From: Chitinophagaceae bacterium
GTDB taxonomy: Bacteria > Bacteroidota > Bacteroidia > Chitinophagales > UBA10324
DNA length: 64,000 nt
Direction: 5' to 3'
NCBI GenBank assembly: GCA_947474435.1
Contig: CANJII010000008.1
Location: forward strand, 139 to 64,138
Shown: piece by piece, positions 57,866 through 64,000 of the stretch
How the letters are laid out: every line of letters starts with the position of its first letter
Position numbering within the stretch: position 1 is the first letter of the stretch
Translations under genes and position numbers: made by a program
The notes under the pieces: model-generated
Told to the model about the DNA's origin: nothing
Seen by the model: the letters and a program-made list of their open reading frames with translations, nothing else
Database searches by the model: none

Positions 57866-58954
57866 TTAAAAGTGCCATCCTAAAATATTCATTAAGGCAA
57901 TCGCCAACAAGTTCACCATTGAAATCGGCAGCAAGTACTTCCATTCCAAATCAAGCAACTGGTCAACACGCAAGCGCGGGAAAGTCCAGCGAAACCACAT
58001 GATGATGAAGATGATGAAAAATGTTTTTCCGAAAAACCAAAGAGGAGAAGGAATGTAATCCATCACATTGTTAAATGAAGTCCAGTGCCCGATATGAAAG
58101 GGCATCCATCCACCAAGAAATAATGTTGCAGCCATCGCGCACAATACAAACATGTTTATGTATTCAGCTAAAAAAAACATGGCAAATTTCATTCCTGAAT
58201 ATTCGGTATGAAATCCGGCGGTCAGTTCTGATTCGGCTTCTGCCAAATCAAAAGGTGCACGATTTAATTCTGCTGTTGCAGCAATAATAAAAATCACAAA
58301 AGCAATTATCACAGGAATATGCCCTTTAAAAATCCACCAACCATCGGCCTGAGAATTTACAATGTCACTTATTTGCATACTGCCTGAAAGAACGACAATA
58401 CTTATGATGCATAAACCTGCGCTCAATTCGTAACTCACTATCTGTGCGCCGCTTCGCATGGCTCCGAGCATTGAATATTTATTGTTGCTGCTCCATCCAG
58501 CAATCAAAATTCCGATAACACCAAGTGAAGTAATACTGGTAATATATAGTACGCCAATATTCAAATCCCATAACACCAATCCGTTTCCAAATGCAATTGG
58601 TGCAAGTGCCATCATGCAGGTGCTCAGCACAACATACGGTGCGAGGTTGAACATTAATTTATCAGCACCATCGGGAGTAATACCTTCTTTCAAAACTAAT
58701 TTTAAAACATCGGCAACCACTTGTCCTGTTCCATAAATTCCAACTCGGTTCGGGCCTAATCGCAGTTGCATATAAGCTGCAACTTTCCTTTCTAAATATA
58801 TAAGCACCATTGCAAGCACCGCCACAAAAGTGATAACGAGTAAGCCTGTTACAATTAATTCAGTAGCTAATACAATTCCTTCCGACATATGCGCCAAAAG
58901 AAAATTATGAAATTTATCAGTGAGTGAAGTGAAATTGTAGATGCTTAAAATCAT
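57866..58954 (-). CDS. nuoH: NADH-quinone oxidoreductase subunit H
   Basis: The track ORF starts at the TTG at 58963; the first ATG at 58954 is preferred. ND1 pattern (..ERKVAAYMQLRLGPNRVG.., ..NRAPFDLAEAESEL..). Confidence 0.9.
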   Translation of the reverse strand: MILSIYNFTSLTDKFHNFLLAHMSEGIVLATELIVTGLLVITFVAVLAMVLIYLERKVAAYMQLRLGPNRVGIYGTGQVVADVLKLVLKEGITPDGADKLMFNLAPYVVLSTCMMALAPIAFGNGLVLWDLNIGVLYITSITSLGVIGILIAGWSSNNKYSMLGAMRSGAQIVSYELSAGLCIISIVVLSGSMQISDIVNSQADGWWIFKGHIPVIIAFVIFIIAATAELNRAPFDLAEAESELTAGFHTEYSGMKFAMFFLAEYINMFVLCAMAATLFLGGWMPFHIGHWTSFNNVMDYIPSPLWFFGKTFFIIFIIMWFRWTFPRLRVDQLLDLEWKYLLPISMVNLLAIALMNILGWHF

Positions 58955-59084
58955 CGCAGCCAAATATGCACTTGAAAAATTAATTTTTCTATGACTTAAT
59001 TTTTGAATTGTTGAAAAGAAAATATTTATCCATTACAAATTAAATCTTCAACCGTAAATTCAATAAAGTTTAAACCCGAAATGT

Positions 59085-59537
59085 TTAAATAACTTTTTTA
59101 ACTTTTATAGCATTCAATCCCTTCGGACCGTTTTCAGTTTCAAAAGTTACTTTGTCATTTTCTTTAATCGGCGCTTCCAACTGACTGTTGTGAACGAAAA
59201 TACTTTCGTCGGAAGAAACATCTTTTATAAATCCGAAACCTTTTTCAGTATTGAAGAACGAAACAATACCAGTTCTTTTTGATAGCTGTTCTCTTGCTTC
59301 CTGTTTGGGCACACCAATCTGAATATCTTCAACAGAGATTTTTCTTTTTTTCATGGGGTCCGGTGGAGTGGAAGATATATTTCCGTACTCATCAACATAG
59401 GCCATCATTTCATCAAGTGATTTTCCTTTAGTCGCATTGGCTTTGCGCTCCTGCATTTTCTCCGCTTTTTCCTGACGCTGCTTGCGCTTGTTTTTTTCTT
59501 TGTCTTTCTTACCGAATGTTTCCTGCGATTTCGCCAT
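59085..59537 (-). CDS. Cold-shock-domain protein with a Lys/Glu-rich N-terminal extension
   Basis: Trimmed to the ATG at 59537 (MAKSQETFGKKDKEKNKRKQRQ..). The C-terminal CSD reads GIVSFFNTEKGFGFIKD...IFVH. Confidence 0.8.
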   Translation of the reverse strand: MAKSQETFGKKDKEKNKRKQRQEKAEKMQERKANATKGKSLDEMMAYVDEYGNISSTPPDPMKKRKISVEDIQIGVPKQEAREQLSKRTGIVSFFNTEKGFGFIKDVSSDESIFVHNSQLEAPIKENDKVTFETENGPKGLNAIKVKKVI

Positions 59538-59705
59538 AGTTTTCTTACTTGAATTATTTTGTTTCAACAAAGGTCAACTATTATTGTTATAGTTTCTACT
59601 ATTGATTTGCATTACTATTTGATTTTATCTGATTCGCAATTGAATTTATTATTTGCAGCTACATAAACTGAAAAAACCAACTATCTCAGAAATTTCTGAT
59701 TAATG

Positions 59706-59737
59706 TTTGCATAAGAGAAATTATTTACTGACTTTTG
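59706..59737 (+). promoter_or_regulatory. Candidate promoter for rpmB operon (TTTG-N20-gACTTTTG)
   Basis: 7/8 match to TAnnTTTG at 59730-59737, 24 nt upstream of the ATG at 59762. TTTG lies at 59706-59709. Confidence 0.35.
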
Positions 59738-59761
59738 TGCCCCTTAAAGAAAAACCAAATC

Positions 59762-60004
59762 ATGGCGCGTGTTTGTCAAGTAACAGGAAAGAAAGCATTG
59801 TCGGGACATAAAGTTTCGCATTCTAACATAAAAACCAATCGCAGGTTCGAACCGAATCTGCAAAAAAAACGCTTCTTCATACCTGAAGAAGGTAAGTGGA
59901 TTACAATGAGAATCACCACTTCTGCTGTTCGTACAATTACCAAGAACGGAATTTCATCAGTGTTAAAAGAGATGAGAGCGAAACAAAAGGCAAGTATTCA
60001 ATAA
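59762..60004 (+). CDS. rpmB: 50S ribosomal protein L28
   Basis: Trimmed to the ATG at 59762. [32 protein letters not shown]. Confidence 0.95.
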   Translation: MARVCQVTGKKALSGHKVSHSNIKTNRRFEPNLQKKRFFIPEEGKWITMRITTSAVRTITKNGISSVLKEMRAKQKASIQ

Positions 60005-60033
60005 ATTACAATCAGCAATAAAATTGCTCCAAA

Positions 60034-60216
60034 ATGGCAAAGAAAGAAGTACGAGTTCAGGTGATTTTAGAATGTACCGAGCACAAAACCAGTGGTCAGG
60101 CGGGAACATCACGCTACATTACCACAAAAAATAAAAAAACAACTCCTGAAAGACTGGAGTTGAAAAAATTCAACGCCACTTTAAAGCGTTACACTGTTCA
60201 TAAAGAAATTAAATAA
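60034..60216 (+). CDS. rpmG: 50S ribosomal protein L33
   Basis: 60 aa. [16 protein letters not shown]......[18 protein letters not shown]. Confidence 0.95.
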   Translation: MAKKEVRVQVILECTEHKTSGQAGTSRYITTKNKKTTPERLELKKFNATLKRYTVHKEIK

Positions 60217-60226
60217 TTAAATAGTC

Positions 60227-60412
60227 ATGGCAAAAGACGCAGGAAAAACCTCCAAGAATGCGAAGACACAGAAAGATGCTGCACAATCTGCTGCTTCTAA
60301 AGCGTATGTGCGCGTAATCGTTTCTGAACGCTCCGAAAAAACAGGTGCTTATGTGTACAAAGAAAGAATGGTGCACAAAGACAAAGTGAAAGAATACTTA
60401 GCAGGTAAATAA
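60227..60412 (+). CDS. DUF4295-like small basic protein (conserved after rpmG in Bacteroidota)
   Basis: 61 aa. The position and the pattern ..VRVIVSERSEKTGAYVYKERMV.. match my memory of this family. Confidence 0.7.
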   Translation: MAKDAGKTSKNAKTQKDAAQSAASKAYVRVIVSERSEKTGAYVYKERMVHKDKVKEYLAGK

Positions 60413-60436
60413 GCTGAAGAAGTTTTAATATTCACA

Positions 60437-60471
60437 AGGCTTCTCCATCTTCGGATGGAGAAGCTTTTTTT
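60437..60471 (+). terminator. Rho-independent terminator
   Basis: GCTTCTCCATC-ttcg-GATGGAGAAGC followed by a T-run. Confidence 0.85.
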
Positions 60472-60483
60472 GTTTCATTGAAC

Positions 60484-61440
60484 ATGGGATTATTTTCATT
60501 TTTTACAAAGGAAAAAAAGCAGGACCTCAGCGATGGTTTGCAAAAAACCCGTGAGAACTTTTTTACAAAAATTACTAAAGCCGTTGCTGGGAAATCGAAA
60601 GTTGATGACGAAACACTCGATTATATTGAAGAAGCCCTTATAGCATCAGATGTTGGTGTTGCAACAACCGTAAAAATTATAGATCGACTTGAAGCGCGTG
60701 TTGCAAAAGATAAATATTTAGGTGCCGATGCTTTGAACAATATGCTCAAAGAAGAAATCAGAGATATTCTTTCTGAGAACAACACTAAAGACCTGAACAG
60801 TTTTGTCGACGGCATTTCTCAAAAACCTTATGTTATTATGGTGGTGGGTGTAAATGGTGTTGGCAAAACAACTACTATCGGAAAACTTGCTCATCAGTTT
60901 AAGCAGGCAGGCAAAACCGTATTGCTCGGCGCTGCCGATACATTTCGTGCTGCTGCAATTGAACAATTAGGAATTTGGGCTGAGAGAGTTCATGTGCCAA
61001 TTGTTAAACAGGTACAAGGATCTGATCCAGCAGCAGTTGCTTTTGATACTGTGCAATCCGGAGCAGCAAGTAATACTGATATAATTATTATTGACACTGC
61101 AGGTCGCTTGCACAATAAAGTAAACCTGATGAATGAGTTAACTAAAATAAAAAGAGTGATGCAAAAAGTTATTCCTGATGCACCACATGAAGTATTGTTG
61201 GTGTTGGATGCATCAACCGGACAAAATGCAATTGAGCAGGCAAAACAATTTATGCAGGCAACAGATGTTACAGCAATTGCATTGACTAAATTAGATGGAA
61301 CTGCAAAAGGTGGAGTCGTAATCGGTATTGCCGACCAGTTTAAAATTCCGGTGAAATATATTGGAGTAGGAGAGAAGATGGATCAGTTACAGGTCTTTAA
61401 TAAAGAAGAGTTTGTTGATTCACTCTTTAATTCAAAATAA
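60484..61440 (+). CDS. ftsY: Signal recognition particle receptor FtsY
   Basis: The first ATG at 60484 (MGLFSFFTKEKK) is preferred over the TTG at 60478. GVNGVGKTTTIGKLA, DTAGRL and TKLDGTAKGG. Confidence 0.95.
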   Translation: MGLFSFFTKEKKQDLSDGLQKTRENFFTKITKAVAGKSKVDDETLDYIEEALIASDVGVATTVKIIDRLEARVAKDKYLGADALNNMLKEEIRDILSENNTKDLNSFVDGISQKPYVIMVVGVNGVGKTTTIGKLAHQFKQAGKTVLLGAADTFRAAAIEQLGIWAERVHVPIVKQVQGSDPAAVAFDTVQSGAASNTDIIIIDTAGRLHNKVNLMNELTKIKRVMQKVIPDAPHEVLLVLDASTGQNAIEQAKQFMQATDVTAIALTKLDGTAKGGVVIGIADQFKIPVKYIGVGEKMDQLQVFNKEEFVDSLFNSK

Positions 61441-61544
61441 ATTTCATACAATTTTTTTCTAAGTAACTATCGTGTTAAAAATGAATTTGTAATTCATTTC
61501 AAATATTCTGATTATTAAATTGTGTTGTTACTTTTGATTCCTGC

Positions 61545-62339
61545 ATGAAGCAATTTCACGACCTCGTAAAAACAGTTTTAGAAAAGGGTGCAAAAAAATC
61601 TGACCGCACCGGCACAGGTACGATCAGTTATTTCGGTTACCAGATGCGCTTTGATTTAGCTGATGGATTTCCATTGCTCACAACAAAAAAATTGCACACC
61701 AAATCAATCATACACGAGTTGCTTTGGTTTTTGCAGGGTGCCACCAACATTAAATACTTAAAAGAAAACGGTGTCAGCATCTGGGATGAGTGGGCTGATG
61801 CAAACGGAGAACTAGGACCTGTGTATGGTAAACAATGGCGTAGCTGGCAGGCTCCCGATGGTAGAGTGATTGACCAGATTACTCAATTGATTGAACAGAT
61901 AAAAAAGAATCCTGAATCACGACGGTTAATTGTAAGCGCATGGAATGTGGCAGATGTTGATAAAATGAAATTGCCTCCATGTCATTCGCTGTTTCAGTTT
62001 TATGTGGCGAATGGAAAATTAAGTTGTCAGTTATATCAGCGGAGCGCTGATGTTTTTTTAGGTGTACCGTTCAACATTGCTTCGTATGCTTTGTTGCTCA
62101 TGATGGTGGCGCAGGTTTGCGATTTACAACCCGGAGAATTTGTGCATACATTTGGTGATGCACACATTTACAGCAATCACCTTGATCAGGTAAATGAATT
62201 GCTGTCGAGAGATTTTCGTCCGTTACCACAAATGAAATTGAATCCTGCAGTGAAAAATATTTTCGATTTTAAATTCAGCGATTTCGAATTGATTAACTAT
62301 AATCCTCATCCATCTATCAAAGCCCCAATTGCTGTATGA
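61545..62339 (+). CDS. thyA: Thymidylate synthase
   Basis: 264 aa. DRTGTGT, the catalytic Cys in LPPCH, and [17 protein letters not shown]. Confidence 0.97.
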   Translation: MKQFHDLVKTVLEKGAKKSDRTGTGTISYFGYQMRFDLADGFPLLTTKKLHTKSIIHELLWFLQGATNIKYLKENGVSIWDEWADANGELGPVYGKQWRSWQAPDGRVIDQITQLIEQIKKNPESRRLIVSAWNVADVDKMKLPPCHSLFQFYVANGKLSCQLYQRSADVFLGVPFNIASYALLLMMVAQVCDLQPGEFVHTFGDAHIYSNHLDQVNELLSRDFRPLPQMKLNPAVKNIFDFKFSDFELINYNPHPSIKAPIAV

Positions 62340-62833
62340 TTGTATCCATTATTGTTGCTGTTGCACAGAATGATGTGATTGGAAAAGAAAATCAATTGCC
62401 ATGGCACATGCCTGCCGATATGAAATATTTTAAGCAAACCACTTCGGGACATTGTATTATCATGGGTCGAAAAACTTTTGATGCTCTTGGTAAACCGCTA
62501 CCGAACAGAACAAACATCATTATCACAAGACAGGAAGATTTTTCAGTTGAAGGGTGTGTGGTGGTGAATCAATTGCAACACGCCATTGATTATTGCAGAG
62601 ATCATGGTGAAGAAGAATGTTTCATAATCGGAGGCGGCGATATTTTTATTCAGTCATTAATCTGGACCGATAGAATTTATCTCACGCGCATTCATCAGGA
62701 TTTTGAAGGAGATACTTTTTTCCCTGCATTGAATACTTCTGACTGGAATGAAATTTCTGTTGACAAGCATTTACCTGATGAGAAAAATAAATATGTTTTT
62801 TCTTTCATAGTGTATGAAAGAAATAACGGGTAG
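62336..62833 (+). CDS. folA: Dihydrofolate reductase
   Basis: 165 aa. IGK.N.LPWH.P.D.K.FK..T and IMGRKTF. ATGA overlap with thyA. Confidence 0.95.
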   Translation: MIVSIIVAVAQNDVIGKENQLPWHMPADMKYFKQTTSGHCIIMGRKTFDALGKPLPNRTNIIITRQEDFSVEGCVVVNQLQHAIDYCRDHGEEECFIIGGGDIFIQSLIWTDRIYLTRIHQDFEGDTFFPALNTSDWNEISVDKHLPDEKNKYVFSFIVYERNNG

Positions 62834-62927
62834 CGTTTACTGAATTTTATAATCAATTTTTAATTTGAAACGCAACTGATATTATTCAGTATTTAAATTT
62901 TATTTTCAGTTTAGTTTTATTTCTGAA

Positions 62928-64000
62928 ATGAATAAAGAAGATTATTTATCAAAAGGACTTTCAGATGCTGAAGTTGTATTGCGATTGAAGTCGAATGGTT
63001 ACAACGAATTAAAAACAGCAAAACCTAAATCAGTTTTCCGTATTGTATTTGAAGTGATAAAGGAACCCATGTTTCTTTTACTCGTAGCCTGTGGTTTATT
63101 GTATATTATTCTTGGCGACACTGGTGAAGGAATAATGCTGATGGCTTCGGTTGTCATCATCATCATCATCACCTTCTATCAGGAAAAAAGAAGTGAGCGT
63201 GCGCTGGATGCATTGAAAGAATTATCAAGCCCGCGTGCCATAGTTATACGCAATGGAGAAGAAAAAAGAATTGCTGGAAGAGATTTAGTATTGGATGATT
63301 TAATTCTGTTGCAGGAGGGAGATCGCATTCCTGCTGATGCAATCGTACTGGAGGCACTCAATCTTCTGGTGGATGAATCATTGTTGACCGGCGAATCGGT
63401 TTCGGTTCATAAATCAAAGTGGAATGAAAAGGATGAATTCGTTTTTCCCTCTGGAGAAAATTCTTCGTTTGTTTATTCATCAACCATGATTGTGCAAGGG
63501 CATGGTATTGCAAAAGTTGTAGCTACAGGCACCAAAACACAATTAGGAAAAATCGGGAAATCGTTAGAAGCTGTTGAGCAGGAAAAAACATTGCTGCAAA
63601 AAGAAACTGCAAGCATTGTAAAAATATTTTCAATAGTCGGGCTGTTCACCTGCATCATTTTAATTGTTGTTTATGGATTAACGCGAGGCGATTGGCTGAA
63701 TGGAATATTATCCGGTCTATCACTCGCCATGGCCTTGCTGCCCGAAGAATTTGCAGTGGTGCTCACCATTTTTATGGCAATGGGTGCATGGCGCATTTCA
63801 AAGAAAAATGTTTTAACAAGAAAACCATCAGCCATTGAAACTTTAGGTTCGGTAACTGTTTTGTGTTGCGATAAAACCGGAACACTAACTGAAAATAAAA
63901 TGACTCTGAAAAAACTTTTCGCCGGTGGAAAGTTTATTGAATCGGATGAATCAAACGATTTGGAACTGGATGAGAATTTTCATTCACTGATTGAGTATTC
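62928..64000 (+). CDS. Cation-transporting P-type ATPase (Ca2+/P2-like), 5' part; continues beyond the window
   Basis: Absent from the ORF track because it has no in-window stop. MNKEDYLSKGLSDAEVVLRLKSNGYNEL..., TGES at ~63390, and phosphorylation motif CCDKTGTLTENKM at ~63865-63903. Confidence 0.88.
   Translation, partial: MNKEDYLSKGLSDAEVVLRLKSNGYNELKTAKPKSVFRIVFEVIKEPMFLLLVACGLLYIILGDTGEGIMLMASVVIIIIITFYQEKRSERALDALKELSSPRAIVIRNGEEKRIAGRDLVLDDLILLQEGDRIPADAIVLEALNLLVDESLLTGESVSVHKSKWNEKDEFVFPSGENSSFVYSSTMIVQGHGIAKVVATGTKTQLGKIGKSLEAVEQEKTLLQKETASIVKIFSIVGLFTCIILIVVYGLTRGDWLNGILSGLSLAMALLPEEFAVVLTIFMAMGAWRISKKNVLTRKPSAIETLGSVTVLCCDKTGTLTENKMTLKKLFAGGKFIESDESNDLELDENFHSLIEY

Noticed and set aside
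1-64000. CRISPR arrays, mobile elements, prophage or known defence systems
   Set aside because: No repeat-spacer periodicity was found beyond two- or three-copy repeats. No transposase, integrase, recombinase, reverse transcriptase, nuclease-helicase or toxin-antitoxin-like ORFs were recognised.

Overview
AT-rich chromosomal segment from a Bacteroidota bacterium. Supporting signs are many T9SS C-terminal sorting domains, the rpmB-rpmG-DUF4295-ftsY arrangement and TAnnTTTG-type -7 boxes. About two thirds is housekeeping: a PGM/PMM-family gene, tyrS, smpB, gatC, ispD, queA, pdxJ, nuoHIJKL, rpmB/rpmG, ftsY, thyA-folA, two plsC paralogs, mntR-mntH, ABC transporters and a P-type ATPase. The rest is accessory envelope content: eight predicted T9SS cargo genes, several outer-membrane beta-barrels and three orphan regulators (a LuxR-type RR, a CheY-like REC and a stand-alone LytTR). 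I found no rRNA, tRNA, CRISPR array, transposase, integrase or recognisable defence or toxin system. I cannot point to a clear-cut novel multi-gene system. The best unexplained signals are listed here. (1) A 468-bp gene-free spacer at 34480-34947 holds three in-phase 21-bp tandem repeats, an inverted copy of the repeat core and two palindromes; it lies between an orphan response regulator and an orphan 138-aa ORF. (2) A T9SS-tagged CxxC thioredoxin-like protein sits next to an outer-membrane barrel with an N-terminal Cys cluster and a C-terminal heavy-metal-binding motif. (3) The tyrS HIGH signature reads GIGN. (4) The nuoHIJKL block has no flanking nuoA-D or nuoM/N and unusually long, repeat-filled spacers. 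(5) A tandem pair of M16-like proteins both lack the HxxEH zinc site. (6) Three otherwise recognisable genes are interrupted by in-frame stop codons, mostly TAA. Functional calls rest on motif and family recognition by eye; no database search was run.
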